Assembly: GCA_030693325.1 (NCBI GenBank)
Contig: JAUYAV010000011.1
Span: forward strand, 109,603-173,602
DNA from: a bacterium
GTDB taxonomy: Bacteria; Patescibacteriota; Minisyncoccia; UBA6257; MFKM01
Direction: 5' to 3'
DNA: 64,000 nucleotides
Numbering within the stretch: the stretch's first letter is position 1; each line of letters opens with the position of its first letter. Position numbers and translations under genes: made by a program. The notes beneath the pieces were generated by a model. It searched no databases, was not told the origin of the DNA, and saw only the letters and a program-made list of their open reading frames with translations. Shown here in pieces: positions 30,450 through 39,540 of the stretch.

Positions 30450-30902
30450 TTAAACTCTTCTGGTTTTTCGCGGCCGGGGGCCGTTATGCGGAATCGGAGT
30501 TATGTCTTTAATGGCCACAATATCAAAACCGCGATTAGCCAACGCTTTGAGGGCGGAATCGCGGCCGCCGCCGATACCTTTTATGTAAACCTCAATACTG
30601 GAAGGACCGGATTGTCGGAGTTTTTCAGCTACGGCCTCAGCCACTTTACTGGCCGCGAAAGCCGTGGCTTTTTTGGGGCCGGAAAATCCCAAAGAACCGG
30701 CGGTAGCCCAAGCCAAAACATTTCCCTTCATATCAGTAGCCGTAATAACAGTGTTATTATAGCTAACTTGAATATAAATACGGCCGGACTCTACCCGCTG
30801 TTTAACTTTCCGGACTTTTTGACCGGCTAACGCTTTTTCAGCTGAAGCGCCTTCTTTTAAGGTCGCCTCTTCGGTTTTTGTGACTATTTTCTTTTTTCCC
30901 AT
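30450..30902 (-). CDS. rpsK: 30S ribosomal protein S11
   Basis: YIQVSYNNTVITATDMKGNVLAWATAGSLGFSGPKKATAFAAS...IKGIGGGRDSALKAL. Confidence 0.93.
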   Translation of the reverse strand: MGKKKIVTKTEEATLKEGASAEKALAGQKVRKVKQRVESGRIYIQVSYNNTVITATDMKGNVLAWATAGSLGFSGPKKATAFAASKVAEAVAEKLRQSGPSSIEVYIKGIGGGRDSALKALANRGFDIVAIKDITPIPHNGPRPRKTRRV

Positions 30903-30914
30903 GATAAATTAATT

Positions 30915-31298
30915 TTATGTCTTATCTAATTTTCTCCGACCACTACCTACCGTTTTTCGCACGTTGCCGCGAACCGTCCGGGAATTGGTCTTGGTCCGCT
31001 GTCCTCTTACCGGCAAACGTCTCAAATGGCGAGTGCCTCGGTAGCAAATAATTTCTTTCAGCCGATTAATATTCTGTTTGATTGCCAGGCGAAGTTCTCC
31101 TTCAATCTTGTATTTCTTTTCTATAAAATCTTTTAATTGACTGACTTCCTGAGCATTCAAATCTTTGACTCTTTTTTGCGGGTCAACTTTGGCGTCTTTA
31201 ATAATCTGACGCGCTGAAGACGGCCCTATGCCGTAAATATACGATAAAGAAATTTCCACTTTTTTATTGTCGGGAATGTTGACTCCTAAAAATCTCAT
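30915..31298 (-). CDS. rpsM: 30S ribosomal protein S13
   Basis: MRFLGVNIPDNKKVEISLSYIYGIG...CYRGTRHLRRLPVRGQRTKTNSRT. Confidence 0.93.
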   Translation of the reverse strand: MRFLGVNIPDNKKVEISLSYIYGIGPSSARQIIKDAKVDPQKRVKDLNAQEVSQLKDFIEKKYKIEGELRLAIKQNINRLKEIICYRGTRHLRRLPVRGQRTKTNSRTVRGNVRKTVGSGRRKLDKT

Positions 31299-31300
31299 AA

Positions 31301-31414
31301 TTATCCTTGTCTTTGTTTATGTTTGGGATTGGAACAGGTGATATAAAGCCGTCCGCGACGCCGGGCAGTTTTACATTTCAAACAAATTTTTTTGACTGAT
31401 GAACGAACTTTCAT
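31301..31414 (-). CDS. rpmJ: 50S ribosomal protein L36 (37 aa; absent from the ORF track)
   Basis: Reverse translation [37 protein letters not shown], with the classical position between infA and rpsM. Confidence 0.85.
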   Translation of the reverse strand: MKVRSSVKKICLKCKTARRRGRLYITCSNPKHKQRQG

Positions 31415-31416
31415 AA

Positions 31417-31638
31417 CTATAATCTTCTTGTAATTCTCCCCCGGTTGTCATCGTAAGAAGTAATATCAACGACAACGTGATCGCCGGGGATCACTTTTAT
31501 ATGATGGAGCTTCAACCGCCCACCCAAATAAGCCAAAATTTCCCGGTTATTTTCCTTTAACCGAACCCTAAAGGTTAAACCCGGCAAGGCCTCTTCAATG
31601 ATTCCTTCAACTTTAATCGTGTTTGATTCCGATGGCAT
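31417..31638 (-). CDS. infA: Translation initiation factor IF-1
   Basis: [66 protein letters not shown]. Confidence 0.93.
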   Translation of the reverse strand: MPSESNTIKVEGIIEEALPGLTFRVRLKENNREILAYLGGRLKLHHIKVIPGDHVVVDITSYDDNRGRITRRL

Positions 31639-31674
31639 TAATGTTTCCTATAATAGAGATATAACACTGAAAAG

Positions 31675-33192
31675 TCAAGCCTTATTCCTCACATAAACAA
31701 TAACCCGAGTTAAGAGCAAATAATACAGCAAAATGCCCCAAAAATTAAGATTGAAATTAACCGGTGCCGCCATTTTGGCGAAAAAATTAATGATAAAAAT
31801 TTCGTAAGTTAAGAGCAGAGAAACCAGCCAGCCGGAAAGCAAGGCCAAATAATAGGAAAATAAATGAAAAAAACCGATTAAAAACCCGAAGGCCATGGTT
31901 AAAGGAATAGCTATTAAAATTAAAATATTGGAAATTAAGGCCAGGAGAGAAAAATTTCCGAAAGCGATAATCAAAATGGGAGCGGTCGCCAATTGGGCGG
32001 ATAAAGTCATTAAAAAATTTTCCCGCCAGGCGAAAAATCCCGGTTTATCGCCGAATCTCAATATTTTTTTCAGCGCCGGCCGGAGATAAATAATTCCCAA
32101 AACCGCCAGAAAAGAAAGCTGGAATCCGACATCAAAAACCAATGATTTCGGATTAAAAAGCGTAATCAAAAAAGCGGCCAAGACGATGCTGTTTCTCGGT
32201 TCATAAATCCGGCCCGCCAAATTAGCCAGCAAAACAATAAAACCCATAATCGTGGCCCTGACGGCCGAGGGGTCAAAACCGGTCATGGCCACAAAACCTA
32301 AAATAACTAAAATGGTTATTGCAAAAGTCATGGACTGCGGAAAAATAAAACCAATAGCCGCGGCTATCGCCACAACAATAATAGTGATGTTCTGACCAGA
32401 AAGAGCCGTTAAATGAGTGGTACCGCTCAAACTCATGGCCTGCTTGAAATCCTTGTCTAAATTTCCGCGCTCACCAAAAATCAAGCCGGCTAAAAGGGCG
32501 GCTTGATTGGGAGGCAAAACTTTCTGGTAAGAATCAATGATTGAGTGTTTAAAATTAAAAAGAGCTGATTTGATTTTTGAGCCCATCCCGGATTTTTCCA
32601 ATTTGGCTTCGGGGAAACCGGATAAACCGTTAATTTTTTCTTTGGCTAAATAATTAACATAAGAGCTGTCTATTTGACCAATAAACGAATCTGAAGGTTT
32701 CTCAATTTTTCCCTTGAATATCAACTCATCTCCATAATGAAACTTGGGATAAAGCATTAATTTAACCGAGATTCTGCCTCGGCGTGGTTCGCCAAGCTGA
32801 ACGGTCAAATTTTGAGTGTTAGAACTATATTGAGGATCGTCAACCACTAATCCGCTGAAATTTATTTCTTTATTAAAATCTATTTTAATGTCTTTGAATT
32901 TTGAATCGTCCCATTTGTAGTAGCCGGCGCCGAGAAGAATAAAAACAGAAATAATCGCCAAAATCACCCACATTTTAGTAGGAGGATTTGTAGATTCGGA
33001 TAAATTTGCTCCGACTTCGTCGAGAGTCCTCGATGGAATCGGGATAGTTTGGACGCGGTCTAAAAACAAAAAAATCGCCGCTAAAAGCATAGTGGCGACA
33101 ATAATAATTAGAAACCTAATCCCAAAGCTGGCGGCTAAAACTCCAATCAAAAAGAAAACAATACCAAAAAAGAAAATGTCGTAGGAATGCAT
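31675..33192 (-). CDS. comEC: ComEC/Rec2-family DNA-uptake channel protein (start uncertain; an alternative start MWVILAI lies at 32973)
   Basis: Polytopic protein with the competence-domain block LSGTTHLTALSGQNITIIVVAIAAAIGF. The predicted N-terminal 73 aa run through a repeat-module copy (33005..33044). Confidence 0.7.
   Translation of the reverse strand: MHSYDIFFFGIVFFLIGVLAASFGIRFLIIIVATMLLAAIFLFLDRVQTIPIPSRTLDEVGANLSESTNPPTKMWVILAIISVFILLGAGYYKWDDSKFKDIKIDFNKEINFSGLVVDDPQYSSNTQNLTVQLGEPRRGRISVKLMLYPKFHYGDELIFKGKIEKPSDSFIGQIDSSYVNYLAKEKINGLSGFPEAKLEKSGMGSKIKSALFNFKHSIIDSYQKVLPPNQAALLAGLIFGERGNLDKDFKQAMSLSGTTHLTALSGQNITIIVVAIAAAIGFIFPQSMTFAITILVILGFVAMTGFDPSAVRATIMGFIVLLANLAGRIYEPRNSIVLAAFLITLFNPKSLVFDVGFQLSFLAVLGIIYLRPALKKILRFGDKPGFFAWRENFLMTLSAQLATAPILIIAFGNFSLLALISNILILIAIPLTMAFGFLIGFFHLFSYYLALLSGWLVSLLLTYEIFIINFFAKMAAPVNFNLNFWGILLYYLLLTRVIVYVRNKA
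33005..33044. repeat. Partial copy of the 16055..16128 hairpin module (5' arm tttgctccgacttcgtcgaga plus tail ggaatcggga, middle deleted), inside the annotated comEC 5' region
   Basis: Collinear with copy 1 and followed at 33214 by the same 42-bp palindrome, so the module order is the same as at 16.1 kb. Confidence 0.5.
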
Positions 33193-33213
33193 ATAAGTTT
33201 CTTGAATTTAAAA

Positions 33214-33255
33214 TTTACTATTGTAATTCCACGATCGTGGAATTACAATAGTAAA
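33214..33255. repeat. 42-bp perfect palindrome (copy 2 of 3), 22 nt upstream of the annotated comEC start
   Basis: Identical to 16160..16201. Confidence 0.8.
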
Positions 33256-33261
33256 TTAATT

Positions 33262-34440
33262 TTAGAATATTATTCCCCCGCCTAACATCTCGCCTGCTTT
33301 GCTGTAAAAAACCGCTGATTGGCCGGAAGCTACGAATTTGACGGGTTTAGCAAATAATAAACAGTAACTAGCAACTAGGGGTTTTCTATTCTTTCTAGTT
33401 ACTAATTCCTTGTTACTAATTACTAGTTCCGCTTTCGCTAACGGTTGTCTATATCGTACTCTTGCTAAAACTCCTATTCTCTTATTCGCGCGAATTAGAG
33501 AAGAAAAATAATCGGGGTTGATAAAATTCACGTCTTTTAATTTAATTTCTTTTTTATAAAGCGCCGGGTTATTTTCGCCCTCAGCCACGATTAAAACGTT
33601 GTTTTTGACGTCTTTAGCCGCCACGTAATAGGGTTTTTTGCCGGAAACCTCCAGGCCGTGCCGCTGACCGATGGTGAAATAAAAAATTCCCGGATGCCGG
33701 CCGACGACTTTACCTTCGGTAGTGATAATTTTGCCTGGCTTCTCCTTAATTTTCTTTTTCAGAAATTCCTTAAGTTTCACCTCGCCGATAAAACAAATAC
33801 CTGAAGTGCCTTTTTTCAAAGCATTTTGTAATCCTAATTTCTCCGCCATCTGCCGCACTTCAGATTTCAAATAATCGCCTATCGGAAAAAGGCAGTATTT
33901 TAATTGCTCTTGATTTAAGGTCCATAAAAAATAACTTTGGTCTTTTTCTTTATCTTTAGCTTGATAGGGTTTATAAAAAGTTTTTAGTTTTAAGTTTTTA
34001 GTTTTAAGTTTAATGTAGTGTCCGGTCGCGATGAAATCCGCGCCCATTTTTCTGGCTCGTTTCAAAAAAAGAGGAAATTTTATGAGTTTGTTGCATTGAA
34101 TATCAGGATTGGGAGTTCGGCCGGCTTTGTATCCCCGGAACATATAATCCACCACCCATTTCCGGTATTCTTTTTCAAAATTAAAAGTTAGAAGCGGAAT
34201 GCCGAGCTTGGCCGCGACTCTGATGGCGTCCCGTCTTTCGTCAATCCAGCAAAGAGATTTCTTCTTGGAATAAGTTTCCACCGGCTGGGTCCAGTTTTTC
34301 ATAAAGACGCCGGTCACATCATAGCCCTGTTTTTTCAACAGCGCCGCGGCTACGGAGCTGTCTACCCCGCCGGACATTGCCACGAAAACCTTATTTTTGG
34401 GAGATTTTGTCATAAAAGATTCTCCTATATAATTGCCCAA
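33262..34440 (-). CDS. mnmA: tRNA-specific 2-thiouridylase MnmA
   Basis: PP-loop VFVAMSGGVDSSVAA, catalytic Cys region, C-terminus GGGIIF. Contains a small internal tandem repeat (gttttaagtttttagttttaagttt) coding KLKTKNLKLK. Confidence 0.88.
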   Translation of the reverse strand: MGNYIGESFMTKSPKNKVFVAMSGGVDSSVAAALLKKQGYDVTGVFMKNWTQPVETYSKKKSLCWIDERRDAIRVAAKLGIPLLTFNFEKEYRKWVVDYMFRGYKAGRTPNPDIQCNKLIKFPLFLKRARKMGADFIATGHYIKLKTKNLKLKTFYKPYQAKDKEKDQSYFLWTLNQEQLKYCLFPIGDYLKSEVRQMAEKLGLQNALKKGTSGICFIGEVKLKEFLKKKIKEKPGKIITTEGKVVGRHPGIFYFTIGQRHGLEVSGKKPYYVAAKDVKNNVLIVAEGENNPALYKKEIKLKDVNFINPDYFSSLIRANKRIGVLARVRYRQPLAKAELVISNKELVTRKNRKPLVASYCLLFAKPVKFVASGQSAVFYSKAGEMLGGGIIF

Positions 34441-34557
34441 AAACCCTCAAAAATCAAGAAAATGACAAGCTTTTGAATCCTAGGGCCTATAGTAGAGGGG
34501 GCATAAAGGTCGCGGATAAATATTTCCGAAAAATAATTAAAAAACAATAAATAAATT

Positions 34558-35088
34558 ATGCTATATTTTAACCATGCAATCAGCAAAAACCTTAAGGAAA
34601 TTGGATGTAAAAACAGTAGCGGAAATTTTTGGAGAATAGTGGATAAATCCAATGAAAGGCCATATTATGAGCTTAGGGATTCCGGTGAGATTCCAGCTTT
34701 TTCTATTGATGATATTATTCTGAACGAAGAGAATGCAAAGAATATTTGGGGAATAAGAGAAGAAGCGTGGATGCTGAAAGTACTGCAAATTTTCAACCTC
34801 GCAAGGTTGGCGGAAGATAAAGAAAAGACGATAAATAATTTTATGGCCAATGAGTACGGCTATGAATCAGAAACGCAAATGATTTCGCCAGAAAAATTTA
34901 AAAACTCACCAGTGAATTACGACACACTAGAGGGGTTTACGATGGTTCTTAAACGAAAATTGGGAAGTTTAGCAACAAGAGCGAGCCAAAAAGAGGGACA
35001 GCCAGAAGATGCGAATAGGTTTCTGGTAAAGTTTATAAACTATCCTAAAAAACAAGAGAATCCGCCTTCGGATATCCCGAAAGAATAG
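34558..35088 (+). CDS. Hypothetical protein (176 aa), AT-rich block
   Basis: No recognised motif. Confidence 0.4.
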   Translation: MLYFNHAISKNLKEIGCKNSSGNFWRIVDKSNERPYYELRDSGEIPAFSIDDIILNEENAKNIWGIREEAWMLKVLQIFNLARLAEDKEKTINNFMANEYGYESETQMISPEKFKNSPVNYDTLEGFTMVLKRKLGSLATRASQKEGQPEDANRFLVKFINYPKKQENPPSDIPKE

Positions 35089-35136
35089 GAAAAATAATTA
35101 ATAAAATAGTCGCTTAAATCTTAAATTAAAAAATCT

Positions 35137-35379
35137 ATGAAAGAAAAAATTAAAAAAATTCTAATAAAGTACTGGAAGATAATTTCAATATTTCTAATAG
35201 TACTTGTATTATTTTATTGGTTGCAGATAAGACCATCACAGACTTATTCGTATTGTCACGAATCTGCCCAAAAAAAAGCCATAGAAGTTTGTTCTTATTG
35301 TGGCAATAATAAATTCGAAGTCGCCACGTACGAATCGTATTACAAACAATGTTTAAGGTCTAAGGGATTTAATAAATAA
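35137..35379 (+). CDS. Hypothetical small membrane protein with Cys pairs (80 aa)
   Basis: N-terminal TM, then CHESAQKKAIEVCSYCGNN. Confidence 0.4.
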   Translation: MKEKIKKILIKYWKIISIFLIVLVLFYWLQIRPSQTYSYCHESAQKKAIEVCSYCGNNKFEVATYESYYKQCLRSKGFNK

Positions 35380-35407
35380 ACCTATAAAGAAAAATAAATA
35401 AAATATT

Positions 35408-35869
35408 ATGAATCAGATTGATTTTGAGAATCAAATAAAAATTGCGATTTCTAATTTTATATATTTACATCACTTTCTTTTAGAAAAAGATGTGAACGAA
35501 CGCTCAATCACACATAAATTAGCCGAATGCTTAACACCATTATTCCCCGAATGGGATATTGATTGCGAATATAATCGCGTCGGAGACAAACTATACAACC
35601 CCAAAAAAATTGGTTTATTTCCCGAACCCGTAAGTAGCGATGATGGAAAAGCCGTGACTATTTATCCTGACATTATCATCCATCACAGAGGAAAAATTGG
35701 ACTAGACAATAATTTGGCGGTTATTGAATTAAAAAAGAACCCAAATAAAAAACAAAGCGATAAAGACATTGATAAAATAAGAAAGATTAAAAAAGAGTTA
35801 GAATATCAAATCGGAATATTTCTAAAATGCTCTATAGAAGATATAATCCCGATTTATTTTATCAACTAA
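35408..35869 (+). CDS. Hypothetical protein with putative PD-(D/E)xK nuclease signature
   Basis: TIYPDIIIHHRG ...(about 15 aa)... LAVIELKK resembles a PD...(E)xK restriction-endonuclease-fold core. Weak, single-sequence inference. Confidence 0.35.
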   Translation: MNQIDFENQIKIAISNFIYLHHFLLEKDVNERSITHKLAECLTPLFPEWDIDCEYNRVGDKLYNPKKIGLFPEPVSSDDGKAVTIYPDIIIHHRGKIGLDNNLAVIELKKNPNKKQSDKDIDKIRKIKKELEYQIGIFLKCSIEDIIPIYFIN

Positions 35870-36099
35870 AAGAGTAGAAAATATTTTCGCAACCAGCCTG
35901 TTGAAATGAGGTCATAAATTACCGAGTGAGGAGGAAGAAGTAGAAAAATATCGCTGTTTGAATCCCGAAGCGAAGCCCCGCTTAGCGGGGCGAAGCGGAG
36001 GTTGAGTTCGATATTTTTCGTCAACTTCTGACGACGAACGAGAATAATTTATCCGAATGGAAATGGCTGGCGGAAAAAAGATTTTCTACGATACCAACC

Positions 36100-36672
36100 T
36101 TAGGCCTTTTCAATTCTTTCCGCATATTCCCCTGTCTGGGTGTTTATTCTGATAGTATCCCCTTCTTCAATAAAAAGCGGAACAAGAATTTTGGCGCCGG
36201 TTTCAATGGTGACCGGCTTGTTGCCGCCCTGCGCCGTGTCGCCGCGGATAGAAGGCGGCGCTTCCAACACTTTGAAATCAACTTTAATCGGCAATTCAAT
36301 GCTAAGAATCTTATCCTGGAATTTCAGAGAGACAATTTCTAAATTGGGTTTTAAAAAATTGGTAATTTCATCGCCCAGCTCTTCTTTATTGAAAGAAAAA
36401 CGATTTTTAGGATTGTCAGTTTCATTAAACCAATAAATTCCGCGGCTTTCATAAAGAAAACGCGATTTCATTTTTTCAATTTCAGCTTCTTCAAAACTGT
36501 CGGCCGGCTTGAAATTCCGGCTGAAAAGCTGGCCGGTCTGAAGATTTTTTATTTTGGTCTGGACGCTGGAGCCGCCGCGACCCATGTGTAAATGCTTAAC
36601 CTCTGAAACCACAAAAGGACTTCCGTCGATTACGATAAAACTCCCGGTTTTCAAATCATTAATGGAAAGCAT
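36100..36672 (-). CDS. efp: Elongation factor P
   Basis: MLSINDLKTGSFIVIDGSPFVVSEVKHLHMGRGGSSVQTKIKNL..., three OB-domain EF-P. Confidence 0.92.
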   Translation of the reverse strand: MLSINDLKTGSFIVIDGSPFVVSEVKHLHMGRGGSSVQTKIKNLQTGQLFSRNFKPADSFEEAEIEKMKSRFLYESRGIYWFNETDNPKNRFSFNKEELGDEITNFLKPNLEIVSLKFQDKILSIELPIKVDFKVLEAPPSIRGDTAQGGNKPVTIETGAKILVPLFIEEGDTIRINTQTGEYAERIEKA

Positions 36673-36690
36673 AATTAATAAATTTTAAAC

Positions 36691-38241
36691 TTATTCGTGT
36701 TTTTCTTCTTTATCTTTTAGAGCCTCCTCTATCGCTTTTTGCAGGTCTCCAATATTTACTTCAGCTCTTTCCCGGACGGGTCTCTCTTGATTAGTCGCCG
36801 GCTGACTAAACTGACTCGCCGGACGTTGTGGTTTTTGCGTTTCAGCCGGCTGGCGAGGACCCAGAACTTTTTCCAAAGGCATTTCATCGCGGCGGACAAT
36901 TTTTTGTTCAATCGATTCTTTCTTGTTCATTTGATCGGCAATTTTTTGTTCAATAATCTCCTTGGGAAGACTATAACGATGACGGCAATTTTCAATTATA
37001 ACATCCCTAAGATTATCAGCCGGCGCCTTTTCCAAAGGCAGAGTTTCGGCGGAAAAAGCCCGGGAAGCGATTCCGTCAATCATTAATTTGGTGTAGATAT
37101 TGAATTTGGGAAGATTGACTAAATCATTGATCAAAAATTCCGGCTCAAATTCTTTTTCTAAAAATTCCGCGTCTTCCGCTCCCACGCGGAAAACAACAAT
37201 AGTTCCGACATTACCAAAAACCGCGTCTCGGACTTTTGTGCTTTTGTCGCTACCAACCAGTTGCCCGATATACTGATGCGCCAAAATCAAATCCAAACGG
37301 TATTTCCGGGCTTCGGATAATATATTAGCGAATGACTCGGTGGCGAAATTCTGGAACTCGTCAACATAAAGATAAAAATCTCTCCGCTTGTTTTCGGCAA
37401 TATCGCTCCGGGACATCGCCGCCAATTGTATTTTGGTAATCATCAAGGCCCCCAAAAGCCGCGAATTGTCTTCACCGATTCTCCCTTTGGAAAGATTGGC
37501 GATAAAAATTTTTCCTTCATCCATTATTTTCCTGATATCAAAAGTGGAATGCGGCTGGCCGATGATATTGCGGATTAAAGGATTAGCGATAAACTGACCG
37601 ACTTTATTTTGAATAGCCGCCACCGCTTCGGTTTCCAAGCGTTGGGTGTAGCGGGCGAATTCATCAACCCAGAAACTTTTGATAACCGGATCCTGAAGAT
37701 TTTCCACGACTTTTCTCCGATATTCTTTGTCGGCTAATAAATGCATAATCCCCAACAAAGTGGAGCCGGGATATTCCAGAAGGGTCAATAAAGAATTATT
37801 AAGAATGTATTCCATCCGGGCTGACCAAACATCGGGCCAGATTTTTTTAAACACGCTCATAATGCCCGAAGCGACCAGATGGCGCAATTCCGGGTCGGTT
37901 AATTCCAAGGGATTAAAAGCCATCGGAAAATTTATATCGGCGGGATTAAAATAAATCACGTCGTCCATCCGCGATTCCGGAATTAATTCCAAAATTTTTT
38001 CGGCAAATTCGCCGTGGGGATCAATAATACCTATTCCCCGACCGGCTTTAATATCGGCTAAAGCCATATTTTCCAACATTTCGGTTTTCCCCACGCCGGT
38101 TTTCCCGATAACATACATATGCCGTCTGCGGTCGTCGGTTTTTATGCCGAATTTCACCCGTTGATTACGGAAATTGGTTTGGGCAAACATTGTTACTTCA
38201 TTATTTTCCATGTCAAATTTATAAGCCGAAAGTGTAATCAA
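36691..38241 (-). CDS. TraD/VirD4-like (type IV coupling protein family) P-loop ATPase, soluble form
   Basis: Walker A YVIGKTGVGKTEMLENM, Walker B FYLYVDEFQNF, and the TrwB/TraD-type block GIGIIDPHGEFAEKILELIP; Glu/Gln/Pro-rich acidic C-terminal tail. Confidence 0.55.
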   Translation of the reverse strand: MITLSAYKFDMENNEVTMFAQTNFRNQRVKFGIKTDDRRRHMYVIGKTGVGKTEMLENMALADIKAGRGIGIIDPHGEFAEKILELIPESRMDDVIYFNPADINFPMAFNPLELTDPELRHLVASGIMSVFKKIWPDVWSARMEYILNNSLLTLLEYPGSTLLGIMHLLADKEYRRKVVENLQDPVIKSFWVDEFARYTQRLETEAVAAIQNKVGQFIANPLIRNIIGQPHSTFDIRKIMDEGKIFIANLSKGRIGEDNSRLLGALMITKIQLAAMSRSDIAENKRRDFYLYVDEFQNFATESFANILSEARKYRLDLILAHQYIGQLVGSDKSTKVRDAVFGNVGTIVVFRVGAEDAEFLEKEFEPEFLINDLVNLPKFNIYTKLMIDGIASRAFSAETLPLEKAPADNLRDVIIENCRHRYSLPKEIIEQKIADQMNKKESIEQKIVRRDEMPLEKVLGPRQPAETQKPQRPASQFSQPATNQERPVRERAEVNIGDLQKAIEEALKDKEEKHE

Positions 38242-38267
38242 ATTCTACCACAAAAAAAGAAAGCTCT

Positions 38268-39515
38268 TTATTCCACAATCGGCAATTCCGCCGGCGGCTC
38301 GCCTCTCCGGGATTCCAAACGGTGCAAGGTCGGCGCTTCCACGGAAGTCGTCGGGAAATGATAAACCGTGGCCAGTTCTTCGGTATTAAAAATTGAAAAT
38401 TTTTTAGGGAATGAACGAGCCTTATAGCCGTCAAAAATCCGGCGCTTGCGATAAAAAATCTTTTGGGCCTTGAAAGGAAAATCGGCTTTGGTAGTTACCG
38501 AGCCGTCAGCTTTAAAAGCGTTGAGATTCTGGGTGTTGAATTGCCAGAGCGCTCCCTGGATAGCGGAAACGTTGGAACGGGTAAAGGCATCGGCTTTGTC
38601 TATATAAACAAATCTCAAAGCCGCTTCAAATCCCAATTTGGAAATTTTTTCTTCCACGGCCTTAATCACGTCTTTTTCGCCGGGGGTCAAAGGACCGGCA
38701 GGCGATGACTCCTTATTTTCCTCAGACCAAACCGGATGGACAGCCGGCGCTTTTATCAAATTTAGAAAAAATTCTCCCAGCTCCTCCAGCAGAGTCCGTT
38801 CTTTGTCGGCTTTCCGGCCGATTAATTTGTCTGTTATTTTTTCTCCTTCCTTTTTCCATTCGTCTCCGGTCGGCCTGATCAAAAACTGAAGCCAAATCAT
38901 TTCGTCTTCTTTAAGTTTGGAAATCGTCTCAGTGATAGCCGCTATGGGGTCTAATCTTTGTTCTTCTACTTTTTCTTCAAAATAGGGGTAGGTCCGAATA
39001 GGATAAGCGTTTTCGCGGGCTAAAATAAAATTAGTCCCCCAAACGTCATAAACTTTATCGGGCAAAATTGACGGCAATAAGCCGTCATAGTCCTCCGATT
39101 CAACAATTTCCACATCCGGATATTGGGCATAAATGGCCGATTCCAAAAGATTCCGAAACGGTTCCGCGACTCTTATGTAAAAATGAATTTTGCCGGCGTT
39201 GCCAACCAGTTCAAAAGACATCCAATCATCCACTTTTCCTTTCCACCACTTATCCCAGAATTTCATCTTCCCGGAATAGATGGCGTGGGCGGCGGCAAAC
39301 ACCTGCTCCATGGCTTTCGGGGTTTTCAAAATCTCGCGGGGGATTTTAATTTCTAAAAGTTTCCATTTGATTTTAAGCATGTATCCCCGGCGGACAGTCA
39401 TCAGCCAGAAATCCAAAAAAATAAACAAAAGAACCAGCGGCAAAACTATCCACCAGCTCGCCGCCAAAATGCGAAAAACAATCTGGAGAATTCCATTTAA
39501 ATTATCGGCTGCCAT
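38268..39515 (-). CDS. Hypothetical membrane-anchored protein (415 aa), likely operon partner of the T4CP-like ATPase
   Basis: Single N-terminal TM (ILAASWWIVLPLVLLFIFLDFWLM), then a large soluble domain. It is 27 nt upstream of the ATPase on the same strand. Confidence 0.45.
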   Translation of the reverse strand: MAADNLNGILQIVFRILAASWWIVLPLVLLFIFLDFWLMTVRRGYMLKIKWKLLEIKIPREILKTPKAMEQVFAAAHAIYSGKMKFWDKWWKGKVDDWMSFELVGNAGKIHFYIRVAEPFRNLLESAIYAQYPDVEIVESEDYDGLLPSILPDKVYDVWGTNFILARENAYPIRTYPYFEEKVEEQRLDPIAAITETISKLKEDEMIWLQFLIRPTGDEWKKEGEKITDKLIGRKADKERTLLEELGEFFLNLIKAPAVHPVWSEENKESSPAGPLTPGEKDVIKAVEEKISKLGFEAALRFVYIDKADAFTRSNVSAIQGALWQFNTQNLNAFKADGSVTTKADFPFKAQKIFYRKRRIFDGYKARSFPKKFSIFNTEELATVYHFPTTSVEAPTLHRLESRRGEPPAELPIVE

Positions 39516-39540
39516 AAAATTAAGGTTTTGATTTTATTAA

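Noticed and set aside
34425-34652. 75-aa minus-strand ORF overlapping the mnmA start and the 34558 gene
   Set aside because: Low-complexity hydrophobic sequence, overlaps two better-supported genes, and has no SD.
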